A stretch of 64,000 bases of DNA from Deltaproteobacteria bacterium RBG_16_64_85 (GCA_001798885.1 MGQW01000072.1:3669-67668); one strand, 5' to 3'. Counted from the first letter of the stretch, positions 9,622-18,503 are shown. The notes: generated by a model from the letters alone, not told the origin. Translations and numbers: made by a program.

Positions 9622-9950
9622 CTGCGCCGCCTCGGAGGGGGGCTCCGTTCGTGGCTTCTCGCCGTGCGGTGGACCCGCACGGCTGCGCTTTACCTCACTG
9701 CGCCCCCCTCCTGCGGCGGCTCCGCCGAACCCCCTGCAGTTTGCACCTTCCGCTTGTGGCACGCACCACCCGCGAAGCGCCTTCCGTTGAGGGCGCGTAC
9801 CGCTGTGGGTACGAGTTCCCTGTCTCCGCGGGATGACGCAGCGGGGGGTTCCTCGCAGCGGCCTGTGGAGCGAGGTGCGGATTGCGGCGAGCGTAGCGGA
9901 GAGGAAGCCCCCCGCGAGGAATCCCGCGGAACCAGGAAACGCAGCCGATC
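9622..9950. repeat. composite GC-rich structured intergenic repeat, copy 2 (module X 9622..9770, module Y 9777..9950)
   Basis: 9622..9727 is near-identical to the reverse complement of 47745..47849. 9777..9950 aligns with 1071..1189 but has an extra roughly 55-nt insert. Nested inverted repeats (CCGTGCGG/CCGCACGG, GGAGGGGGGC/GCCCCCCTCC, TCCGCGGGAT/ATCCCGCGGA). Confidence 0.75.
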
Positions 9951-9980
9951 CCGCCGGGGTGCGTATGTGGCGGGGCGGGG

Positions 9981-10460
9981 CTAGAGCGCGGAGAGCTCCT
10001 TCTCGATCAGTTGGACGTGGCCCTTTTCGAAAGCTGCGAGGTGGTCGAACACCTTCTTCACGTCCGGGCTTTTCGACTTCGAAGAGGCGTCGCTGAACAG
10101 CCCCAAGGCTTCCTTCTCGAGCGAGAGCGCCAGCTCCAGGACTTCCTTCTTCCCCTTCAGTTTCGCGATCTTTCCGAGCAGCTCCTTGTGGGTGTCCTGC
10201 ACCAGCTCGTCGATGTCGGGAAGTCCTTCCCTGCCGAGAATGTCCTTGTAGGGGGCCCAGCACTCGGAGCGCACGTTCTCGTCGAATTCGTTCTCCAGGA
10301 TGAGAAAGTGCCCCTTCTCGTCCATCGCGAGCTTTTCGAGGGTCTTCCGGAGCGATTCGTCCGCGACGAGCTTCCGGGCGCGCTTGTAGAAGACGTACGC
10401 GGCGATCTCGGACTCGATCCCCAGGTTCAGATACTTGAGCGCCTCTTCGCTGAATTTCAT
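9981..10460 (-). CDS. ferritin-like / rubrerythrin-type di-iron protein (no rubredoxin domain)
   Basis: ATG 10460 inside ORF 9981..10607. 159 aa with two E...EKGH pairs (ESEI..MDEKGH and LEKEA..FEKGH). Confidence 0.75.
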   Translation of the reverse strand: MKFSEEALKYLNLGIESEIAAYVFYKRARKLVADESLRKTLEKLAMDEKGHFLILENEFDENVRSECWAPYKDILGREGLPDIDELVQDTHKELLGKIAKLKGKKEVLELALSLEKEALGLFSDASSKSKSPDVKKVFDHLAAFEKGHVQLIEKELSAL

Positions 10461-10612
10461 CGATGGGGTCCTCCGGCGATAGTGGATGAGGCAGCGCCAA
10501 GAATACCACGGCGGGAGAGGCACGTTCAACCCCGGCGGGGCTGCGCTGCCTCCCTCGGTTTCACCTGCCGGGGCTTCGTTTTCGCGGCGCACGGCCGCGG
10601 CCCTCACACCGC

Positions 10613-10828
10613 TCAGGTGCCCCCGTAGCCGATGGTCACCTTGCCTTCTTCCAGGAGGACCGGCACGTCGCGGCCCCCCCGGGTCAAGGACGTCATCTCG
10701 GCCATCGCCGCCTTGTCGTGCTGCACATCCTTGTACGTCACCTCCGCACCGGCCTTCTCGTAGTCCCTACGAGCTTGGATGGTGTAGGGTCAGCTGTCCT
10801 TCCCGAAGATCGTCACCTTTCGCTGCAT
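10613..10828 (-). CDS. glutaredoxin-like thioredoxin-fold protein with in-frame TGA (candidate selenocysteine, U-P-Y-T redox motif)
   Basis: ATG 10828 with AGGAGG 6 nt upstream. Reads MQRKVTIFGKDS-TGA(10790..10792)-PYTIQARRDYEKAGAEVTYKDVQHDKAAMAEMTSLTRGGRDVPVLLEEGKVTIGYGGT-stop. The TGA is where Grx-like proteins carry the first Cys of CPYC. Coding-like codon usage continues after the TGA. CCCTAC-N13-GTAGGG hairpin starts 1 nt after the TGA. Confidence 0.6.
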
Positions 10829-10830
10829 GT

Positions 10831-11916
10831 CTAGCCTCCTACTCCTGCCATGGCTCTCAGTCGTTGGATGCGCAGCTCCGTCGGCGGGTGCGTGGACATC
10901 AGCGCGGAGGAATCGGCCGTGAACGTGCGGAGCGGGTTCACGATGAACAGGTGCTGGGTGCCCCGGTTCTCCCCCGGCACCTCCGCCCCTTCCCGGGAGA
11001 TTTTCTCCAGCGCGGAAGCCAGCCCCAGCGGGTTTCGCGTGAACTCCGCCCCCGCGGCGTCGGCGTGGTACTCCCGCTGCCGGGAGATGCTCATCTGGAG
11101 CAGCCGGGCGGCCAGCGGGGCGAGCACTGCGAGCACGATTCCCAGGAGCAGGAAGGCGACGTTTCCACGGCCTCCCCCCCCGCCCCCGCTTCGTCCCCTT
11201 CCCCGGAAGAAAAACGTGTCGCGCAGGAACAGGTCCGAGAGCAGGACGATGGCGCCGACGAGCACGACCGCGTTGACATTGTACAGCGTGTCGCGGCTTT
11301 TCACATGCGCCATCTCGTGGGCGATGACGCCCTGGAGCTCCTCCCGGCTCAGTCGGCCAAGGAGACCCGTGGTCACCGTGATCGTTGCCTCTTCCGGCTT
11401 CCTCCCCGTGGCGAAGGCGTTGATTCCCTGTGCGTCCATCACGTACACTTTCGGCATGGGCAGTCCCGCCGCGATTTTCATCTCCTCGACGACGTTCCGA
11501 AGCTGCTGATGTTCCTCGGGATCGGCTTCCCTGGCATCGTGGATCGAGAGGACGATCGAGGAACCGCTGAAGTAGGCGGTGGAAGCCAGGATGGCGTACA
11601 GGATCAGGGCGAGGGATAGCCCGAGCTCGAGACTTCCGTAGGCTTTCCCGATGACCCCCCCGAGCCCGAAAAAGGCGACGAGCAGAAGAAGGAAAAGGAG
11701 CCTCGACATGCGCACGTTGCTCGCCGCGGCCTCGTTGAAGGGAAGCATCTGCACGGGGCGCAGGGACGAGAACCCCCTGTGCGCGAAAGGCTCCTGGCAG
11801 AGGTTGCAGTAGACCGCGTCGGCGGGATTTTGCGTCCCGCACTTGGGACACGATCGCCCGAAGGTTTGGGGGACATTCCGATCTCGAGTCTCGCGTCGAG
11901 GAGTGTCCCCCCCCAT
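10831..11916 (-). CDS. htpX: M48-family zinc metalloprotease HtpX with N-terminal zinc-ribbon
   Basis: 361-aa ORF. CPKCGTQNPADAVYCNLCQ ribbon, TM helices, HEMAHV zinc-binding motif. Confidence 0.85.
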   Translation of the reverse strand: MGGDTPRRETRDRNVPQTFGRSCPKCGTQNPADAVYCNLCQEPFAHRGFSSLRPVQMLPFNEAAASNVRMSRLLFLLLLVAFFGLGGVIGKAYGSLELGLSLALILYAILASTAYFSGSSIVLSIHDAREADPEEHQQLRNVVEEMKIAAGLPMPKVYVMDAQGINAFATGRKPEEATITVTTGLLGRLSREELQGVIAHEMAHVKSRDTLYNVNAVVLVGAIVLLSDLFLRDTFFFRGRGRSGGGGGGRGNVAFLLLGIVLAVLAPLAARLLQMSISRQREYHADAAGAEFTRNPLGLASALEKISREGAEVPGENRGTQHLFIVNPLRTFTADSSALMSTHPPTELRIQRLRAMAGVGG

Positions 11917-11920
11917 GGGT

Positions 11921-12469
11921 TTACCTCAGGTCGGCTTTCGGGACGGCCTTGTCTTCCTCTCCGGCGGTGAAATATTCCGAGGGCCTGAAGTCGAACACCG
12001 ATGCGATCACGTTGGAGGGGATCGACTGGATCGTATTATTGTACGTCATTACCGAATCGTTGTAGTACTGGCGCGCGAAGGAGATCTTGTTCTCGGTGCC
12101 GGTCAGCTCTTCCTGCAGCGACGCCACGTTTTGGTTGGCTTTGAGATCCGGGTAGTTCTCCGCGACGGCGAAGAGGCTTTTCAGCGATTCCGTGAGAGCG
12201 TTCTCCGCCTCGGCCTGCGCGGCGGCCCCCTTTGCGGAGACGGCCGTGCCCCTCGCCTCGACCACACGGGTAAGCGTCTCCTGTTCATAGGTCATGTAGT
12301 CCTTGACGACCTCGACAAGGTTGGGGATGAGGTCGTGGCGGCGCTTCAGCTGCACCTCGATCTGGTGCCAGGCGTTCTGGATCTGGTTGCGCAGCCGGAC
12401 GAGCCGGTTGTACGTCCCGACGAACCAGGCCACGACGGCCACCGCGACGATTGCCGGAATCCAATGCAT
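11921..12469 (-). CDS. lemA: LemA family protein
   Basis: 182-aa ORF with N-terminal TM helix then YNRLVRLRNQIQNAWHQIEVQLKRRHDLIPNLVEVVK. 4 nt upstream of htpX. Confidence 0.9.
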   Translation of the reverse strand: MHWIPAIVAVAVVAWFVGTYNRLVRLRNQIQNAWHQIEVQLKRRHDLIPNLVEVVKDYMTYEQETLTRVVEARGTAVSAKGAAAQAEAENALTESLKSLFAVAENYPDLKANQNVASLQEELTGTENKISFARQYYNDSVMTYNNTIQSIPSNVIASVFDFRPSEYFTAGEEDKAVPKADLR

Positions 12470-12537
12470 GTCTCTGGTCTCCCCGTTGGTTTTTTCCCGA
12501 CGGACCGCTATTCCCCGGCCAGTCTAACGGATGTAAG

Positions 12538-14901
12538 ATGAATGTCAACTTGAAGCCCTCTTCCGACAAAAACAGGGACGCAAAGCCTTCGGGCGGCCCG
12601 CTGTTTCCCGAGCTCCTGGCTCCAGCGGGCTCCGTGGAGGCGTACTTCGCCGCGGTATCGGCGGGGGCGGACGCGGTCTACCTCGGCCTCCAGAAGTTCA
12701 GCGCCCGCGAGCGGGCGGAGAACTTCACGCTGGAGGAGCTCTGCCGCGTCCTGCCGCACGCGCGGCAGCGCGGGGTTCGCGTCTACCTTGCGATGAACAC
12801 CGTCCTCACGGAGGCCGACCTCCCCGAGGCGATCGCGATGCTGCACCAGGCGGCGCCCCTTCTCCCCGACGCCGTCATCGTGCAGGACCTGGGCCTCCTG
12901 CGGATCGTGCGAGAGTTCTTCCCCGGGATCTCTCTCCATGTCAGCACGCAGGCAGGGTGCGCCTCGGCCGCGGCCGCGGGGGAATTCGCCCGACTGGGAG
13001 CGGAACGGGTGATCCTGGAACGCCACCTGCGGCTCGAGGAGGTGCGGCAGATCGTCGCCCGATCCCGGGTCGACGTCGAGATCTTCGTGCACGGCGCGAT
13101 GTGCTACTCCTATTCGGGGAAGTGCTTCTTCTCCTCCTATCTCGGGGGCAAGTCCGGCAACCGCGGGGCGTGCGTGCAGCCGTGCCGGCGCCTCTACGGA
13201 CATGAAGGGGGGGAGGAGGCGGTTTTTTCGACGCGCGACCTTTCCCTGGTCGATCTCCTCCCGGAGCTCGTCCCGCTGGGGTTTGCCGCCTTCAAGATCG
13301 AAGGGCGGATGCGAAGCGCGGAGTACGTCGCCGGCGTGGTGTCCGCCTACCGGACCGCACTGGACCTCATCCGCTCGGGAAAGCCCGCGGAGGGTGTCGC
13401 AGAGGGAAGGAAGATCCTGTCCGAAGTGATCGGCCGGGAAGAAACGCGGGGGCTCACGGGGGGGGCGTTCCCCGGCGAGGTCGTCGCGGGGGGAAGCACC
13501 GGGAACGTGGGGGAACTGCTGGGCGCCATCCGCGAGGTTCGCGACGGGTGGGCGTTTCTCCCCGGAGAGGTGCCTGTTTCGCGGGGAGACCGGCTCCGGG
13601 TGCAGTTCCAGAGCGACGGCTCGGGGAAGGGCTTCACGGCGCTTTCGATGAGGGCCGATCCGCGCGGCTTCTACGTGACGGTTCCTTTCCCCGTTTCCCC
13701 GGGGGATCTCCTGTTCCGCGTGGGAGGCGGAGGACGCGCGGAGATCACCCGCCAGGCCAGGAAGGAAATGGATGCGATCCGGCCGGAGGGGGCGCGCTTC
13801 CACGTTGTCGTCGGGGAGACGGTCGTCGCCGTCGAAGCGGCTTACGGGAGGGTGAAGCAATCGTTCTCCTTCCGTATTTCGGGAGGGAGGGACTCCGCGG
13901 GGAGCAGGCTTCCACCCGACGCCGAAGGAAAGCTGGCGGCCGTCTACCACTGCGACCTCCCGCTGGGGGAGATCCGCGTCGAGGGGCACGGCGCCGGGGT
14001 TTCCTGGCCCGACGTGGAGGCCCTGTTCGTCAAGGCCGCCCGGAAGTTCGACAAGGATTTCTATCTCGCAGGAAAGGAGCTGCGCCTCTCCATCCTCCCC
14101 GCGCTCCGTGTGGCGGGGAACCGACAGGAGAAGATTCCGGCGGTTTTCTTTACCGGCTGCCGGGCCGACCAGCTGGCGTACCTTCCCGCGGGAGAAGAGA
14201 TCGTTCCCGTTGTGGAATTTTCCCGCGGGCTCGCGCGGGATCCCTCTCCGGCCGGCCAGGGAGCGTTCCGGAACCGGGCCTACCTCCGGCTGCCGGCGCC
14301 CTTCCTGGAGGCCGACGCCGCGTTTCTCCGGCGGACCGTCAAGGAAGCGGTCCGAAAGGGGCACCGGCGATGGGTGGTTTCCGACGTCGGCCATTTCGGG
14401 CTATTCTCCGGGTTCGACCTGCGGCGGGAAGTGACCCTGATCAGCGATTCCTACCTGTATGCCTTCAACATGGGGGCGCTGTCCGTCCTGTCCCGGATGG
14501 GCGCTTCGCGGATGGTCCTCCCCATCGAGGCGCCGCTTTCCTCCCTCCGGGCGGTGGGAAAATATCTGCACGGGCTGGGAATCGCGGTGGCCTACGCATC
14601 CATCCCCCTCATGATTTCCCGGCTGGTCCCCGCCGGTGGGGTCCGGGGAGGGGAAGTCGTGAGTCCGAGGGCGGAACGGTTCACCGTCGAGGTGGACGAA
14701 CGGGGTTCGACCCTCCGGCCCGTGCGGCCGTTCTCCGCCTCCGGGGCCCTGCACGAGATCCGCGCCGCGGGGATTCAGGATTTTTACGTGGACGTGCGGC
14801 ACGTTCCCCCGCAAGAGATCGGGGCGATCTTTATCGCACTGCGGGAGGACCGGAAGATCCCCGATGCGTCCACCTTCAACCTCTTCCGGGGTAATTTCTG
14901 A
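12538..14901 (+). CDS. U32 family peptidase-like protein (long, two-lobed form with Fe-S Cys motif)
   Basis: ATG 12538 inside ORF 12451..14901 (avoids overlap with lemA). ELLAPAGS...ADAVYLG N-terminus and CYSYSGKC-x15-C-VQP-C cysteine cluster. Confidence 0.85.
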   Translation: MNVNLKPSSDKNRDAKPSGGPLFPELLAPAGSVEAYFAAVSAGADAVYLGLQKFSARERAENFTLEELCRVLPHARQRGVRVYLAMNTVLTEADLPEAIAMLHQAAPLLPDAVIVQDLGLLRIVREFFPGISLHVSTQAGCASAAAAGEFARLGAERVILERHLRLEEVRQIVARSRVDVEIFVHGAMCYSYSGKCFFSSYLGGKSGNRGACVQPCRRLYGHEGGEEAVFSTRDLSLVDLLPELVPLGFAAFKIEGRMRSAEYVAGVVSAYRTALDLIRSGKPAEGVAEGRKILSEVIGREETRGLTGGAFPGEVVAGGSTGNVGELLGAIREVRDGWAFLPGEVPVSRGDRLRVQFQSDGSGKGFTALSMRADPRGFYVTVPFPVSPGDLLFRVGGGGRAEITRQARKEMDAIRPEGARFHVVVGETVVAVEAAYGRVKQSFSFRISGGRDSAGSRLPPDAEGKLAAVYHCDLPLGEIRVEGHGAGVSWPDVEALFVKAARKFDKDFYLAGKELRLSILPALRVAGNRQEKIPAVFFTGCRADQLAYLPAGEEIVPVVEFSRGLARDPSPAGQGAFRNRAYLRLPAPFLEADAAFLRRTVKEAVRKGHRRWVVSDVGHFGLFSGFDLRREVTLISDSYLYAFNMGALSVLSRMGASRMVLPIEAPLSSLRAVGKYLHGLGIAVAYASIPLMISRLVPAGGVRGGEVVSPRAERFTVEVDERGSTLRPVRPFSASGALHEIRAAGIQDFYVDVRHVPPQEIGAIFIALREDRKIPDASTFNLFRGNF

Positions 14902-16924
14902 CTTGGCGGCGATAGAAAAGGTCCGCAACATCGGGATCATCGCCCACATCGACGCCGGGAAGACGACGTTCACGGAGCGTGTGCTGTTCTACGCGGGGGT
15001 CACCCACCGCATGGGGGAGGTCCACGAGGGGGACGCCCAGATGGACTACCTCCCGCAGGAGCGGGAGCGCGGGATCACGATCACGGCGGCGGTGACCCAG
15101 TTTTCCTGGCTGGGGGCGGAGGTCCACCTGATCGACACGCCGGGACACGTCGACTTCACGATCGAGGTGGAACGCTCGCTGCGTGTGCTGGATGCCGCCG
15201 TGGTGATCTTCGAGGGGGTGGCCGGCGTGGAGGCGCAGTCCGAGGTGGTATGGAGACAGGCGGACCGGCACCGTGTCCCCCGCCTGGCCTTCATCAACAA
15301 GATCGACCGTCCGGGCGCGGACTTCGACCGGGTGATCGCGGAGATGAAGAAGAATCTGGGCGCCCGGGGGGTGCCGGTGACCGTTCCGCTCTTCCTGGAC
15401 GGGGCATTCCGATCCGTGGCCGACCTCCTCACCATGGAGCGGCTGGAGTTTTCGGAAAACGGCGAGGGGTCGGAAGTCCGGCGAGCGCCCTTGTCGGACG
15501 AAGAGAAAACGGGCGTCGCCCGCTATCGCGAGGCACTGCTGGAGGCGGCGGCCGACGCCGACGACGCCGTTGCGGAAAAATTCCTTGCCGGCGAGGAGAT
15601 CCCCCTCCCGCTGCTCCGGGGGGCGGTGCGCAAAGGCACGATCGCTGCACGTTTCTTCCCCGTGTACGCCGGCGCCGCGCTACGCAACAAGGGGATTCAG
15701 CCGGTGATGGACGGGATCGTCCACTTCCTGCCGTCCCCCGTGGAGGCCCCCCCCATGAGAGGGGACAATCCCCGAACGGGAGTCCCCGCGAAACGGGAAC
15801 CCAGCCCGCAGGCCCCCTTCTCGGCGCTCGTGTTCAAGGTGCTGATCGAAGAGGGGCGCCGCACGGTCTACCTTCGGGTCTACTCCGGAAAGGTGTCGGA
15901 AGGGGACGTGGTGTACAACGCAACGACCGGCGGGGAAGAAAAGATCGCGCGCCTGTTCCGCATCCACGCGGCGAAGAAGGAGCGGATCGAGGAGGCGAGG
16001 GCGGGGGACATCGTCGGAGCCATGGGGGTGAAATCGGCGCGCACCGGCGACACGCTCTCCGATCCGAAGGTTCCCATCGTCTACGAATCCATCGAGATCC
16101 GGAAGCCGGTGGTGTCGATCGCCGTGGAGCCGAGGACCCTTCGCGACATGGACCGCCTGAGGGACACGCTGGACAACATCATCGACGAGGATCCCACCCT
16201 TTCGTGCAGGGAGGACGCCGACACCGGCCAGATCCTCCTGTCGGGAATGGGAGAGCTCCACCTGGAAGTGCTGGTGGAGCGGCTGGCGCGGGACTTCGGG
16301 CTCGCCGTCCGCACGGGGAAGCCGCAGGTCGTCTACCGGGAGACGGTCTCCGAGGCGGGCGAGGCGGAGACGGTCTTCGAGCGGGAGATTGCGGAGCGGC
16401 TGGTGAGCGTCAAGATCGCCCTCTCCGTGCGGCCTGCCCCCCGCGGCTCCGGCGTGAAGATCTCCGACCGGCTGCGGCTGCTTTCCCTTCCCCAGGAGGC
16501 GGCCGACGCGGTGGAGCAGGGGGTCCGCGAAGGGACGTTCACGGGCATCCTCGGGTACCCCGTGGACGACGTAACGGTGGAGGTCTCCCACGTGGAGTTC
16601 CTCTCCGGGACCGCGTCGCCGCTTGTGGCCAAGGTGGCGGCCGTTCGAGCCTTCCTCATCGCCTGCGAGAAGGGGAGGCCGTACCTGCTGGAGCCGATCA
16701 TGGAGGTGGAGATCCATGTGCCGGACGAGTTCCTCGGCGGAGTCATCGGCGACATCAACTCCCGGAGGGGGCGCGTGACCCTGGTGGACCGGCGGCAGGA
16801 GGCGAGCCTCCTCAGCGCCCAGGTGCCGCTGAAGGAAATGTTCGGGTACGTGACGGCCCTCCGTTCCCTGTCGCAGGGGAGGGGGACGTACCTGATGAAA
16901 TTCTCGCACTACGATCGGGCCTAG
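14864..16924 (+). CDS. elongation factor G family GTPase (paralog outside an str operon)
   Basis: 686-aa ORF. NIGIIAHIDAGKTT, DTPGHVDF, INKIDR G-motifs and full EF-G domain length. An alternative TTG start at 14903, 1 nt after the U32 stop, would give a canonical N-terminal length. Confidence 0.85.
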   Translation: MRPPSTSSGVISDLAAIEKVRNIGIIAHIDAGKTTFTERVLFYAGVTHRMGEVHEGDAQMDYLPQERERGITITAAVTQFSWLGAEVHLIDTPGHVDFTIEVERSLRVLDAAVVIFEGVAGVEAQSEVVWRQADRHRVPRLAFINKIDRPGADFDRVIAEMKKNLGARGVPVTVPLFLDGAFRSVADLLTMERLEFSENGEGSEVRRAPLSDEEKTGVARYREALLEAAADADDAVAEKFLAGEEIPLPLLRGAVRKGTIAARFFPVYAGAALRNKGIQPVMDGIVHFLPSPVEAPPMRGDNPRTGVPAKREPSPQAPFSALVFKVLIEEGRRTVYLRVYSGKVSEGDVVYNATTGGEEKIARLFRIHAAKKERIEEARAGDIVGAMGVKSARTGDTLSDPKVPIVYESIEIRKPVVSIAVEPRTLRDMDRLRDTLDNIIDEDPTLSCREDADTGQILLSGMGELHLEVLVERLARDFGLAVRTGKPQVVYRETVSEAGEAETVFEREIAERLVSVKIALSVRPAPRGSGVKISDRLRLLSLPQEAADAVEQGVREGTFTGILGYPVDDVTVEVSHVEFLSGTASPLVAKVAAVRAFLIACEKGRPYLLEPIMEVEIHVPDEFLGGVIGDINSRRGRVTLVDRRQEASLLSAQVPLKEMFGYVTALRSLSQGRGTYLMKFSHYDRA

Positions 16925-16940
16925 AAGCGCTGGAGGCGGA

Positions 16941-17414
16941 ATGAAGACCTTCGACGAGGAGTTCTACAAGCAGCGCGTGAACACGTTTCCCTTCGTGAAG
17001 CTCATGGGGATGCGGCTCCTGTCCTCGGGCGGCGGAAAGAGCGTGATGGAGTGCAGGATCCGGCCGGTCCTGAAAAATTCGGGGGGGACGCTGCACGGCG
17101 GAGTGATCGGGGCGCTGGTCGACATGTCGGTGGCCACCGCGCTGCGGAGCGTGATGCCGCTCTCTTCGAGGATGACCACCGTGGAGTACAAGGTGAACTT
17201 TTTAGAGTCCGTCCCCGAGGGGACGGTCACAGCGCACGGGAACATCCTCCGGCTCGGGAGGACGATCGCGGCAGGGGCCACGGAGATCCGGAACGAGGCG
17301 GGCGAGGTCGTCGCCTTCGGCTCGGCGACCTACTATATCCTGAACGTCCGGTCCGCGGCGGAGACCCCTGCTATAATGGAGAGGAAAACGACGCGGGGGA
17401 GGAAGCCGAAATGA
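16941..17414 (+). CDS. PaaI-family hotdog-fold thioesterase
   Basis: 157-aa ORF with GGTLHGGVIGALVDMSVATA motif. Confidence 0.8.
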   Translation: MKTFDEEFYKQRVNTFPFVKLMGMRLLSSGGGKSVMECRIRPVLKNSGGTLHGGVIGALVDMSVATALRSVMPLSSRMTTVEYKVNFLESVPEGTVTAHGNILRLGRTIAAGATEIRNEAGEVVAFGSATYYILNVRSAAETPAIMERKTTRGRKPK

Positions 17415-17626
17415 CCAGGGAAGGGCTCATCAAACCGGAAATGATGGTGGGGGACGTCCTCAAGGAGTACCCCGCCGTCCGGGGAAAGGTCAAGGAGCTC
17501 TTCGGAGCGGAGTGCCTGCAGTGCCGCTCGAACCGGCTGGAGACGATCCTCTATACGTCCTGGCACAAGGGGCTGGATCCCGCACAGGTCTGCCGCGAGC
17601 TGAACGCCGTCCTCAAGGCGAAATAG
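17411..17626 (+). CDS. DUF1858-like small redox-disulfide protein
   Basis: ATG 17411 overlaps the previous stop (ATGA). 71 aa, MVGDVLKEYPAVRGKVKELFGAECLQC with a CxxC motif. Confidence 0.65.
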   Translation: MTREGLIKPEMMVGDVLKEYPAVRGKVKELFGAECLQCRSNRLETILYTSWHKGLDPAQVCRELNAVLKAK

Positions 17627-18503
17627 CGACGTACCGGTCCCCCTCGCGGGCCGCTTCTCCCCTTGCGAGCATTCCTTCCAGGTGCTTGGACAAAAGCGCC
17701 CACTCTCCGTAATCGAACCACGGGCCCGGATGCCCTTCCCCGTAGATGATCCTGCGGTCGATGATCTCCCTTATGCTGTGCGGCTGCCGCAGGAAATCGC
17801 GCAGCGTCTCTTCCCGGCGGTCGATGTGAGAGAGGTACGCGTCCATCTTGGGGCCGATGTTTCCCCGGTGGACGGCGATCTCGTGGGAGACGACATGGAT
17901 CCCGGAGCCGATCTCCGCCAGCCGTTTCGCAGAGCGGCGGAACGCCTCGATGCCTCCGGGCTTGTCGCCGTACCAGGGACCGAAATCGGTGAGGTCGTAG
18001 TCGGCGAGAAACAGGACACCGACGGAGGGAAACAGGAGGCACAGATGGCCGGGGGTGTGCCCGGGCGCGATCACGGCGACCGCCTCGGTGCGGCCGAACC
18101 GAAGGCGCTCCCCGTCGGCGATCCGCCGGGCGATCCGGCGGGGCCGGAAGGAAAATTTCTCCGTGAGCAGATTCCGGAAGAACGGGTCCCACTCCGACCC
18201 CACGACGCCGTATCGGTCCAGCAGGACCTCCAAGGATTCCAGCGCGGGCGCGTCCTCCTCCGTCGCCCACACCTCCACCTCCGGCAGCAGGTGGAGGAAG
18301 TGAAAATGGTCCTCGTGGTAGTGGGTCATCACGATGACCCTCAATCCCTCTTCCTTCTTCAGGCGGAGGATGTCCTGGAGGTCCGATCCGCAGTCGAACA
18401 GCACCCCGCCCCCGTCGCGAAGATAGAGCGAATGGGCGTACGGATACCGCCCGCCCTTGCCGCCCTCGATCAGCCATATCCGTTCGGTGAGCCGCTGGAT
18501 CAT
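17613..18503 (-). CDS. MBL-fold metallo-hydrolase
   Basis: ATG 18503 (AGAGGGAGG upstream) inside ORF 17613..18605. VIVMTHYHEDHFHF is the HxHxDH motif. Confidence 0.8.
   Translation of the reverse strand: MIQRLTERIWLIEGGKGGRYPYAHSLYLRDGGGVLFDCGSDLQDILRLKKEEGLRVIVMTHYHEDHFHFLHLLPEVEVWATEEDAPALESLEVLLDRYGVVGSEWDPFFRNLLTEKFSFRPRRIARRIADGERLRFGRTEAVAVIAPGHTPGHLCLLFPSVGVLFLADYDLTDFGPWYGDKPGGIEAFRRSAKRLAEIGSGIHVVSHEIAVHRGNIGPKMDAYLSHIDRREETLRDFLRQPHSIREIIDRRIIYGEGHPGPWFDYGEWALLSKHLEGMLARGEAAREGDRYVAISP

Noticed and set aside
8437-10509. 690-aa minus ORF and the apparent conserved peptide AAFPGSAGFLAGGFLS, shared with ORF 276..1415
   Set aside because: The shared peptide is a by-product of translating the nucleotide repeat (1044..1189 / 9777..9950). 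Both ORFs are antisense to real genes.
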